From positions 1 through 61,172 of the IMG/VR virus record IMGVR_UViG_3300032053_000073: a stretch of DNA of 61,172 bases; one strand, 5' to 3'. The notes under the pieces are model-generated. The model did no database searches. It worked only from the letters and a program-made list of their open reading frames with translations, and had not been told where the DNA came from. Origin of the DNA: a virus (lineage: Duplodnaviria > Caudoviricetes). A program made the translations under genes and the position numbers. Of the stretch, positions 53,418-61,172 are shown one piece after another (position 1 is the first letter of the stretch; every line of letters begins with the position of its first letter).

Positions 53418-53665
53418 CGCAATATACCTACAAGATTTTTAACTAGCTTTATCATGGAGCATCCAGCATCATATACGGTTAGCTTTATATCTTTCCTTCC
53501 AACTAATTTGTATTTAACACCATTTGGATGAGCGTTCTTTGTCATTTCAGCGGCCTCTTCTGGTGATTCGGCAAAAATACGATATATTAGTGTTGCCGGT
53601 AATTGAGCTGTAATATGCACATCATAATACATTTTCTTTTTAATTATATTTTTTTCTTTTTTCAT
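53414..53665 (-). CDS. hypothetical protein
   Basis: ORF with GAGG RBS. Confidence 0.6.
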   Translation of the reverse strand: MKKEKNIIKKKMYYDVHITAQLPATLIYRIFAESPEEAAEMTKNAHPNGVKYKLVGRKDIKLTVYDAGCSMIKLVKNLVGILR

Positions 53666-53674
53666 TTTTCATCC

Positions 53675-54151
53675 TCACATGAAAGCAATATATAATTCCA
53701 TCTGGTCTTTTGTCAATCTAATATCATTCGGAAAATTTAATTGTTTTCCATCAAGCCAATATTCAAAGTATGTTCCATTCTTTTCTTCAAGGGCAGGACC
53801 ATCTTCTCGATGTTGTTTGCCGTTTATAAACCAAAACTTATCTCCATTGGCATATTCAATAGCAGGACCATCTTCTCGATGACATTTGCCATTTTTATAC
53901 CAAAACTTATTTCCATTGGCATATTCACAAGCAGGACCATCTTCTCGATGTAGTTTGCCGTTTTTATACCAAGACTTATCTCTATTGACATCTTCAACAG
54001 CAGGACCATCTTCTCGATGTAGTTTGCCGTTTTTAAACCAAACCTTATCTCCATTGGCATATTCAATAGCAGGACCATCTTCTCGATGTCGTTTGCCGTT
54101 TTTATACCAAAACTTATCTCCGTATTTGTCTATTTCTAATTCATTTTTCAT
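53675..54151 (-). CDS. HREDGPA (MORN-variant-like) 23-aa repeat protein
   Basis: five 69-bp repeats of GxKxWxxNGKxHREDGPAxE. Confidence 0.8.
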   Translation of the reverse strand: MKNELEIDKYGDKFWYKNGKRHREDGPAIEYANGDKVWFKNGKLHREDGPAVEDVNRDKSWYKNGKLHREDGPACEYANGNKFWYKNGKCHREDGPAIEYANGDKFWFINGKQHREDGPALEEKNGTYFEYWLDGKQLNFPNDIRLTKDQMELYIAFM

Positions 54152-54693
54152 TTTATTAATTCGTTAAATCTTTTTAGAAATAATTCTTTTGCTTGTTTTG
54201 GTGGCAATGGTGTTATTTTATTTGGCATTGGGCTATATTGATTTAAATATTCTGCCCATTCAGGATGAATTACTGCTAATAAATCTCTTGCTTCAGTAGA
54301 TAAGGCAATTAAATCTGCTAATTTAACTTCGTCAGGCTCATCTTCACTTAATCCATATTTTTTATAAATTGCCGCCTGATATTTTTTTTCACATAATCTA
54401 TACTGTTCAAATATGGATGTTTTTTTTAATGGACTAGCTATATCGCTTAAAATAGCTTCACTACAGTCATGCAATAAACCTTTTAATTTATATTTCTTTT
54501 TGCATATATCTGAGACTAATACAGAATGTTGAGCTATGGAATAAAATACTAAACAATGGCCATTAAATCTACATAAATTAGATAATGAATGAGCCATATC
54601 ATATATATCTATTTTATCAGGCTCGGGATTTAATGGAAATATTTTTTTTCCAGAAAATGTTTGAACCCAACATTCTTTATCTTTAGAATTCAT
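54148..54693 (-). CDS. HD-domain 5'-deoxynucleotidase (YfbR/YfdR-like)
   Basis: AHSLS..CRFNGH..YSIAQHS..LLHDCSEA..ADLIALSTE. Confidence 0.88.
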   Translation of the reverse strand: MNSKDKECWVQTFSGKKIFPLNPEPDKIDIYDMAHSLSNLCRFNGHCLVFYSIAQHSVLVSDICKKKYKLKGLLHDCSEAILSDIASPLKKTSIFEQYRLCEKKYQAAIYKKYGLSEDEPDEVKLADLIALSTEARDLLAVIHPEWAEYLNQYSPMPNKITPLPPKQAKELFLKRFNELIK

Positions 54694-55277
54694 TATTTAC
54701 CTTCTGATGTAGAGCCGAATCCGCCGGTTTTCCTTACGGCATTTCTTCTAATACACTTTTCATCATACTGCTGATTGCTTAATGGAATTACTGTTACATC
54801 TAATCGTTTAACTGGAATAATTTGAGCAATCGGATCACCAAAATTAATAACTAAGTCTTTTCCTAAAGAACATACGTCTGGAAGATATTGAGCAACCAAA
54901 GTTGTTATCCCTTCCCATGATTCATCAATAATTCCGATCAGGTTATGCATGTATTTTTTTGCAAACGAGCTGCTTCGTGGATGTAGCTGATAATACCATC
55001 CATCTGGACAATATGATCGAAACCCTAATGGCACTTTAGCATATTGACCAGCCTTAATAATAATTGGGTTTCTATCTAATTGTGCCGCTCTAACATCATA
55101 CCCTGTTGCTAGTGGTTCACCTTTAGTCGGAATAAATCTTAAATCATCTTTTAAGTCTTCTCGCAATGCAAAATGAAAAAATGGTGGATCTATTTCTTTT
55201 TCAATTAGATTTATCCTATCATGTAATGATTCAATTAAATCAAATATATTTTCATTGTTTTTAAAATTCATAAACAT
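54693..55277 (-). CDS. dut: trimeric dUTPase
   Basis: GYDV, PRSS, GIIDESW, IAQ, RKTGGFGST. Confidence 0.92.
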   Translation of the reverse strand: MFMNFKNNENIFDLIESLHDRINLIEKEIDPPFFHFALREDLKDDLRFIPTKGEPLATGYDVRAAQLDRNPIIIKAGQYAKVPLGFRSYCPDGWYYQLHPRSSSFAKKYMHNLIGIIDESWEGITTLVAQYLPDVCSLGKDLVINFGDPIAQIIPVKRLDVTVIPLSNQQYDEKCIRRNAVRKTGGFGSTSEGK

Positions 55278-55309
55278 CTCCCTTTATTTAACATTGAAGT
55301 ATTAACGGC

Positions 55310-55660
55310 ATGAAAACATATATCTTCATGATCCCATTACCATCAGGCCTAATATTTTCCAACAATGTAAGCCCAGGTATCCAGAAAAAACTAGAACAGC
55401 AGTTATATATCCATGAAACTATCTCTGGTCAAGAGTTTGATGATCGATTTTCTGCTGACCCAAATTATCCGGAAATAATAAAATTACAAAATCTTAGAAT
55501 ATTAGTGCTAAGAGATTTTTTTAATATAACAAATAGGAACGTAGCTTCTTTGGTTATCTTTGTCAAGCTTGGGATTTCCAGCATATTGAAAAATAATTTT
55601 GGGCCACCGGGAGCGTCATATATCGTTGAAAACCTTCACTGGGATCAATTAATTAAATAA
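55310..55660 (+). CDS. hypothetical protein
   Basis: ORF. Confidence 0.5.
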   Translation: MKTYIFMIPLPSGLIFSNNVSPGIQKKLEQQLYIHETISGQEFDDRFSADPNYPEIIKLQNLRILVLRDFFNITNRNVASLVIFVKLGISSILKNNFGPPGASYIVENLHWDQLIK

Positions 55661-55720
55661 TCAGAGCAATATTTTAACATTTAAGTTAGGCATTTTGACA
55701 TTACTTATGGACAAGGAATC

Positions 55721-56479
55721 ATGAAAAATAAGAAATTGACTGAGAAAGTAGAATTGTTTTATCGATTAGCGTCTTATGGAAATCGTTCTAACTTCCTAAA
55801 AGCTATCGCTCAGGAAAGCCCAATGACATTTCCAGGTGATAATTTAGGCCAATTATTACAAGAATTATCGATAAGGCTTAATAACTTGTCTACAAAATGG
55901 GAAGATGCAGAGCAAAAAAGCGTTCCGGAGGCTCAAAGCTTAAAAGACTATGCGCGCTCTTTCGAAAAATATATGCAATCACGATATCTTATGGGACGAT
56001 CAGAATTAGACGAAGCATCACAAGATCTTAAACGGTTTGTATCATCAACCAATTCATTACTATTAAAAGTGCCGGCTTCTATGCAATTAGATGTTAAGAC
56101 GGTAAAAGACGCGTTAGATCGAGTTGATGGTGGTATCGCAAACTTCTATAGAAACGTGGCCAATTTACCGTACGAATCAGAATCATCAAAATCTATCCCC
56201 GATCAAACTGCACCAAAAGCACCAGCACCAGCACCAGCACCAGCACCACAATCATTTCCCGTTAAAACACAAGAACAATTAAATGAATTGGCTATGAATG
56301 GTGAAATATTTTTACTAAAACCATTAGAATTAACCGGCAAATTAGATAAGCCGACACAAGATGCTCTAAATTCATTAAAAAAGAAACTTAATTTATCTGA
56401 AACTGAATCTGCAAAAAATTTAATTAATATTGTTGAAAATCGCGTAAACCTAGGTCCAAAAAATCCGTACTTAAAATAA
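55721..56479 (+). CDS. hypothetical protein with Pro-Ala linker and peptidoglycan-binding-like C-terminus
   Basis: (GCACCA)n linker; QEQLN..LELTGKLDKPTQDAL resembles PG_binding_1. Confidence 0.55.
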   Translation: MKNKKLTEKVELFYRLASYGNRSNFLKAIAQESPMTFPGDNLGQLLQELSIRLNNLSTKWEDAEQKSVPEAQSLKDYARSFEKYMQSRYLMGRSELDEASQDLKRFVSSTNSLLLKVPASMQLDVKTVKDALDRVDGGIANFYRNVANLPYESESSKSIPDQTAPKAPAPAPAPAPQSFPVKTQEQLNELAMNGEIFLLKPLELTGKLDKPTQDALNSLKKKLNLSETESAKNLINIVENRVNLGPKNPYLK

Positions 56480-56550
56480 TATATAGTTTTTAAGGGAGTT
56501 ATGAAAGTCCCTATGCCAGCTTATGTAATTTGGTATTAACAATCTTTCTT

Positions 56551-56584
56551 ATGGCGAGTCTGCGGATTCGCCATTTTTATTTTT
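56551..56584 (+). terminator. intrinsic terminator
   Basis: ATGGCGAGTC-TGCG-GATTCGCCAT followed by TTTTATTTTT. Confidence 0.8.
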
Positions 56585-56810
56585 AATTATAGAATTGCCT
56601 TGGCGAAGATGGCGCGCGTTTGATTGGTCGGCTGCCTATGACAATGCCATTTGCTGGGCCGTAAACCATATTTAGAAATTACTTTGAGTTCCAATGGGCT
56701 CACGATAGGTTAAAGCGTCTTTGGGGCCTTCCTGGTTCGATTATGAAAAAATACATGAAATAAGGTATAATCTGAATTAGTTTAATGTGAAATACTTAAA
56801 CATTGTTCTT

Positions 56811-56886
56811 AGGTTGATCTCGACAAAATCACTAGTCCGAGGTTGATCTCGACAAAATCACTAGTCCGAGGTTGATCTCGACAAAA
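56811..56886. repeat. 29-bp perfect tandem repeat x2.6
   Basis: AGGTTGATCTCGACAAAATCACTAGTCCG at 56811, 56840 and partial at 56869. Confidence 0.95.
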
Positions 56887-56969
56887 CCGTAAGGACTATA
56901 GGATTTAAGATTATCAAGAGAATTAGTGTTTTAAGAATTTTGTTCTATGAAAGTTGTTTTTAAATTAAC

Positions 56970-57131
56970 TTCTCTGTTAACTCAGAGGTTCTTAGGAGGG
57001 ACAACATAGTTAACTTATTGTTTTTATTATTGTTTTCTCTGTTAACTCAGAGGTTCTTAGGAGGGACAACATAGTTAACTTATTGTTTTTATTATTGTTT
57101 TCTCTGTTAACTCAGAGGTTCTTAGGAGGGA
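56970..57131. repeat. 65-bp perfect tandem repeat x2.5
   Basis: TCTCTGTTAACTCAGAGGTTCTTAGGAGGGA at 56971, 57036 and 57101 with identical AT-rich intervening sequence. Confidence 0.95.
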
Positions 57132-57272
57132 AATCACTAGTAAGCCATTGAAATTATTTGTTTAATTGTTAAGTTTTTAGTTTATTCAATTATTAAAAAA
57201 TATTTAACCACTTGATTTATTTTTTGCCATGAATAAGTTGCCTTGAACATTCACGCTGTAAAATAGAAATCA

Positions 57273-57512
57273 ATGCACCTATCACAATTTTTAGCATATA
57301 AACCGTGCTGCCCAATATGTGAATCAAAATTATCAACCAATTTGTTTTCAACTAGAAAATATCATTGTAGATATGAAGATACTAATTTGGTTTATTCGAC
57401 TAATATTAATTTTGCCTTTTCATTGGGAAAGAATAATAAACCAATTAATATAGATATAGTAATGAATTATGTTGATGATATATTTTATGGATTACGCCGT
57501 AAAACCCCGTAG
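57273..57512 (+). pseudogene. CxxC protein, probably truncated at an IS-end-like hairpin
   Basis: N-terminus resembles 59006..59617 (YxPCxxCxSK); ends inside the palindrome. Confidence 0.45.
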
Positions 57513-57533
57513 TTTAAGCTCGGGGTAATTGAC
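57501..57533. mobile_element. IS200/IS605-family terminal hairpin remnant
   Basis: ACCCCG-TAGTTTAAGCT-CGGGGT-AATTGAC (reverse complement GTCAATTACCCC...), recalled as typical of IS605/IscB element ends. Confidence 0.55.
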
Positions 57534-57571
57534 AATTCAGTGAAATAATGCTCATAAAGAAATATAATATC

Positions 57572-58216
57572 ATGCGAACAAAAATAGATGAAATTATAAA
57601 ATTAGCAGATCACTTCTTTAAAGTAGCAAAATCTAAAAAATCGCCAGATAAGTCGGATGATGTTGACAATATATTAGCCGATATTGAAAAACTTGATACA
57701 TTCGCCGCAAGAAAAAAGCTTGCAGAGAAAAACTTTAAAAGATTATCATCTGGCTCATCAAGGATCGTATATAAATTAAATGATAGGTTTGTTATTAAGC
57801 TAGCTAAAAATAAAAAGGGTATAGCTCAAAATAAAACTGAATCAAACCCGGACATGAAGTCAAAATATATTAATAAGGTTGTTGAAACTGGCAAAAAATA
57901 CTTGTGGATTAAAACTTTTTATTTGGATAAAATAACCGAAAAAGATTTTGAGGAATTGACAGATGTGAATTTTAAAGATTTTGGAAATGCAATTAGTTAT
58001 GGGCTAAGAGAAATATCATCAGATGAATCAAAGAAACCTGGATGTTTTGATGATGTTAGAAAAACAAAAGTATATAAAGAGTTTGATAGGCTTGGTAAAA
58101 AATTCAAATTATTACCAGGTGATATTAGCAGAATTTCAAGCTGGGGCAAATCAGGCGATAATGTTATACTGATCGATAGCGGCCTTTCTAGAAAAGTTTT
58201 TGATAAATATTATTGA
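57572..58216 (+). CDS. protein-kinase-like fold protein
   Basis: LSSGSSRIVY, VIKLA..QNKTE, GDI..SSWG, LIDSGL. Confidence 0.7.
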   Translation: MRTKIDEIIKLADHFFKVAKSKKSPDKSDDVDNILADIEKLDTFAARKKLAEKNFKRLSSGSSRIVYKLNDRFVIKLAKNKKGIAQNKTESNPDMKSKYINKVVETGKKYLWIKTFYLDKITEKDFEELTDVNFKDFGNAISYGLREISSDESKKPGCFDDVRKTKVYKEFDRLGKKFKLLPGDISRISSWGKSGDNVILIDSGLSRKVFDKYY

Positions 58217-58271
58217 TATGGTTTATTTTTTTATATTTTGACTTGCCGATTACGATGCTTAGAATACCTGT

Positions 58272-58601
58272 ATGTATTGTAAATTATGTAATTGCAAAAT
58301 GGATAAGGCAGAGTCGGCTTCTGGCACATATATAAACTTCAATTGCCCATGTCATAAATATTTTTTAATATATAAGCACAGTGTTTTGTATATTGAGAAA
58401 GCATATACTGAAAATTATGAAATAATATTAAATCATATAAAAAATCAAAGTCGTTTTTATTGTCGTTTAGATATTAATAATTTAGATATGAACAATATAA
58501 CTAGGAATAGCCACGCGCCTTTATTCATAACTGGTGCATTTTCATTTTCAAATTTAAATGATCTTGAAAAAAAGATAGAAATATTTGAGATTTTCCAATG
58601 A
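58272..58601 (+). CDS. small CxxC protein with conserved C-terminal tag
   Basis: CKLC; ends LEKKIEIFEIFQ. Confidence 0.65.
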   Translation: MYCKLCNCKMDKAESASGTYINFNCPCHKYFLIYKHSVLYIEKAYTENYEIILNHIKNQSRFYCRLDINNLDMNNITRNSHAPLFITGAFSFSNLNDLEKKIEIFEIFQ

Positions 58602-58933
58602 TGAAAGATTGTAATATAAATTGTAAATTATGTAATAATGCCTTATGTTTTTTTGACTCTTGGGGAGAAACTGACGAAAAAGAAACATTCTATGAGTATA
58701 TGTGCTATAGTTGTACAAATTATAAAGTAATTAAAATGAATGATGGTTTTTATAGCGAGATAGCTTATCTTGGATCAACAATGATAGTTAATGAATTTGC
58801 AGACAATAAATGCGTTATTCGTTTTAAGCATATTTACGGGGCAAAAAATAGCCCGATAATAACAGAATTCATTCAGTTTAATAATAAAGAAGAGCTGTTA
58901 CATAAAATAGAAATATATGAGGTATTTAGATGA
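58598..58933 (+). CDS. small CxxC protein with conserved C-terminal tag
   Basis: CKLC..CYSC; ends LLHKIEIYEVFR. Confidence 0.65.
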   Translation: MMKDCNINCKLCNNALCFFDSWGETDEKETFYEYMCYSCTNYKVIKMNDGFYSEIAYLGSTMIVNEFADNKCVIRFKHIYGAKNSPIITEFIQFNNKEELLHKIEIYEVFR

Positions 58934-59005
58934 GAAAATTAAAGTTAATTCGAAAACGCCTAAACTTATGCTAAGCGATAGTAATATTATATTTTTGTTA
59001 ATAGC

Positions 59006-59617
59006 ATGCAAATCAATAATGGGCGTAAGCAATTTCACTCACCAATGAGACAGTTAACTATAAAAGATATAGCGTCATATTATTCCCCATGCTTAGCTTG
59101 TAAGTCAAAAACCACTCTAATATTGTCGGTTTATTCTGCTGAATTTGGATATCAAGAAATTGTTCCTAAAATAATTGGAAAATCAATGAATATTGATCTT
59201 AAAATTTCTTATTATAGTAGGTTTGTGCTAAACATAGATATCATGTCTCATAAGTTTTTAACTTCAAATATTACTGAATTTATGAAATATGCTGCTGAGA
59301 ATGTTTTTTGTTTATTTGTTTATTGTAAATCCTGCCATTCATATGTAGAAACAACTAAGTTAGAATTTAATATAACAGATAGAATATTAAAACCAATTTC
59401 CTTAGTTAAAGAAGGGTGGTCATTTATTGAGGATGACAGTATATATAAAGTTGACACTATAATGGATTTAGATCAAACAAAAATTGTGGTAGATAAAATT
59501 TCAGGAGTTAAACCAATTTCTCCATGGTCGCAAATAGTTAGTGCATTACCAATTCACAGATTTGGATCTAAGGAAAATATGATAGAAAAAATTAAATTAT
59601 ATATGGTATTCTCATGA
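59006..59617 (+). CDS. CxxC protein with conserved C-terminal tag
   Basis: CLAC..CKSC; ends MIEKIKLYMVFS. Confidence 0.65.
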   Translation: MQINNGRKQFHSPMRQLTIKDIASYYSPCLACKSKTTLILSVYSAEFGYQEIVPKIIGKSMNIDLKISYYSRFVLNIDIMSHKFLTSNITEFMKYAAENVFCLFVYCKSCHSYVETTKLEFNITDRILKPISLVKEGWSFIEDDSIYKVDTIMDLDQTKIVVDKISGVKPISPWSQIVSALPIHRFGSKENMIEKIKLYMVFS

Positions 59618-60075
59618 TTATTGAAAAATGTATCATTTGTTCATCAGAATTATCTAAATCTGTTGCCTGTATTGGAGAAAGATTTATTAAAAAGAAAAGC
59701 GGTTTACACTCCCTTAAACCACCGTATAAAGAAATTTGGTCATGTCCTAAATGTTGTAATAACAATTTCTATAAAAAGAACCCTTCCTCGCTAGAAACAA
59801 TAACAGAAAATGAATCATATATAATTTTTGAAGTTTACGCAGATTTATCTAAAAAGAAAATTGGCAAATGTATTAAAATCCATAAAGACAATATTACTTA
59901 TCTATATCAAGCTGAATTTAAAGTAAATATTTGGATTAATCAATTTATGGTTGCCGATCTGGGGAAACCAATAGATCAGATATTTATACAAAAAACTGAA
60001 GATTTGAAAATGTTTGAATTTAACAACATTGATGAGATGATTGATAAATTGTTAATTTATTTGACTTTTTCGTGA
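59614..60075 (+). CDS. CxxC protein with conserved C-terminal tag
   Basis: CIIC..CPKC; ends MIDKLLIYLTFS. Confidence 0.65.
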   Translation: MIIEKCIICSSELSKSVACIGERFIKKKSGLHSLKPPYKEIWSCPKCCNNNFYKKNPSSLETITENESYIIFEVYADLSKKKIGKCIKIHKDNITYLYQAEFKVNIWINQFMVADLGKPIDQIFIQKTEDLKMFEFNNIDEMIDKLLIYLTFS

Positions 60076-60110
60076 TATAATTCATGTAGTACACACTCGT
60101 CCATAATATC

Positions 60111-61172
60111 ATGAAAAAAAAAGATACCAAGCAATTTATAAAAGAAGCTGCTGAAAAATATGGAGATAAATGGGTTTATGCAAAAGTAATTTATATTAAT
60201 GCCTATACAAAAGTAACGATAACATGTCTTATTCATGGTGATTTTGAACAAATACCAAATAACCATCTGCAAGGTCATGGTTGTCCAAAATGCGCTGGAG
60301 TTGCAAAAACAAAAGACACCAAGCAATTTATAAAAGAGGCTGTTGAAAAAAATGGAGATAAATGGATTTATACAGAAGTTAATTATATTAATGCCATTAC
60401 AAAAGTAATAATAACCTGTCTAATTCACGGTAATTTTGAACAAAGACCAAATGACCATTTATCTGGCAAGGGCTGTCCAAAATGCGCTGGAGTTGCAAAA
60501 ACAAAAGATACCAAGCAATTTATAAAAGAGGCTGTTGAAAAAAATGGAGATAAATGGATTTATACAGAAGTTGATTATATTAATGGCAAAACAAAAGTAA
60601 CGATAACCTGTTCTATTCATGGTGATTTTGAACAAATACCAAATAACCATCTGCAAGGTCATGGTTGTCCAAAATGCGCTGGAGTTGCAAAAACAAAAGA
60701 TACAAAACAATTTATAAAAGAAGCTATTGAAAAATATGGAGATAAATATGGTTATGAAAAAGTAATTTATATTGGTGCCCATAAAAAAGTAACGATAATT
60801 TGCCCTATTCATGGTGATTTTGAACAAACTTCAAGTAACCATCTGCAAGGTCATGGTTGTCCAAAATGCGCTGGAAATACAAAAAAATATATTGAGCAAT
60901 TTATAAAAGAAGCTGCTGAAAAACATGGAGATAAATGGATTTATACAGAAGTTAATTATATTAATGACAAAACAAAAGTAACGATAACATGTCCTATTCA
61001 TGGTGATTTTGAACAAACTCCACATAATCATCTACAAGGCTGTGGCTGTCCAAAATGCACCCATATTATCTCTAAACCTGAAACTATATGGCTTGATTCT
61101 TTAAATATAGATCAAAAATATAGACAAGCAAAAATAAAGATTGGTAAAAAATATATAAAGGCTGATGCTTAT
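60111..61172 (+). CDS. Zn-repeat (x5) + Vsr-like endonuclease, runs off the window (not in ORF track)
   Basis: ATG at 60111, MKKKDTKQFIKEA..; about 192-bp repeats; ends THIISKPETIWLDSLNIDQKYRQAKIKIGKKYIKADAY. Confidence 0.85.
   Translation, partial: MKKKDTKQFIKEAAEKYGDKWVYAKVIYINAYTKVTITCLIHGDFEQIPNNHLQGHGCPKCAGVAKTKDTKQFIKEAVEKNGDKWIYTEVNYINAITKVIITCLIHGNFEQRPNDHLSGKGCPKCAGVAKTKDTKQFIKEAVEKNGDKWIYTEVDYINGKTKVTITCSIHGDFEQIPNNHLQGHGCPKCAGVAKTKDTKQFIKEAIEKYGDKYGYEKVIYIGAHKKVTIICPIHGDFEQTSSNHLQGHGCPKCAGNTKKYIEQFIKEAAEKHGDKWIYTEVNYINDKTKVTITCPIHGDFEQTPHNHLQGCGCPKCTHIISKPETIWLDSLNIDQKYRQAKIKIGKKYIKADAY

Noticed and set aside
54148-54693. DatZ / Z-genome pathway
   Set aside because: No PurZ in the window; a generic HD nucleotidase is sufficient
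56645-56660. 12-nt complementarity to the start region of 12734 (GGCCCAGCAAAT)
   Set aside because: A match of this length is expected by chance in a 61-kb window
56695-56750. tRNA (GGTTCGA and a D-arm-like stretch)
   Set aside because: No paired T-stem, anticodon arm or acceptor stem
56970-57131. CRISPR array
   Set aside because: The intervening sequences are identical, so it is a plain tandem repeat; no cas genes are present
1-61172. Alternative genetic code, or eukaryotic giant-virus origin
   Set aside because: Conserved genes are intact in the standard code with TAA, TAG and TGA stops; sigma factor, IF-1, DnaB/DnaC and Shine-Dalgarno motifs indicate a bacteriophage

Overview
AT-rich fragment of a large (jumbo-like) tailed bacteriophage genome, standard genetic code. 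Bases 1-15.3 kb (+) are a virion fibre/decoration module containing three tandem paralogous fibres. Bases 15.3-55.3 kb (mostly -) hold replication and nucleotide-metabolism genes: DnaB, DnaC-like loader, UvsW-like helicase, split class II RNR, ThyA, DHFR, GMP reductase/IMPDH, dUTPase and an HD nucleotidase. The same stretch carries PhoH, a sigma factor, IF-1, a SET-domain protein and a glycosyltransferase. It is heavily invaded, with about 13 free-standing homing-endonuclease-like genes and 3 inteins, one a Pro1 class-3 intein. Bases 56.5-57.3 kb are a non-coding region with 29-bp and 65-bp tandem repeats (candidate origin), followed by small + strand genes. Three observations stand out. (1) A DGY tripeptide occurs 30 times in the virion proteins and is gained and lost independently among paralogues; it may be a modification sequon, and a glycosyltransferase lies just downstream. 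(2) A family of modular Zn-repeat + Vsr-like nucleases has 1, 3, 4, 5 or 8 repeats that vary at a short putative recognition segment. (3) Several otherwise dissimilar small proteins share a C-terminal (K/Q)hxh(Y/F)xxFx-stop tag. All assignments come from motif recognition by eye; no searches were run.
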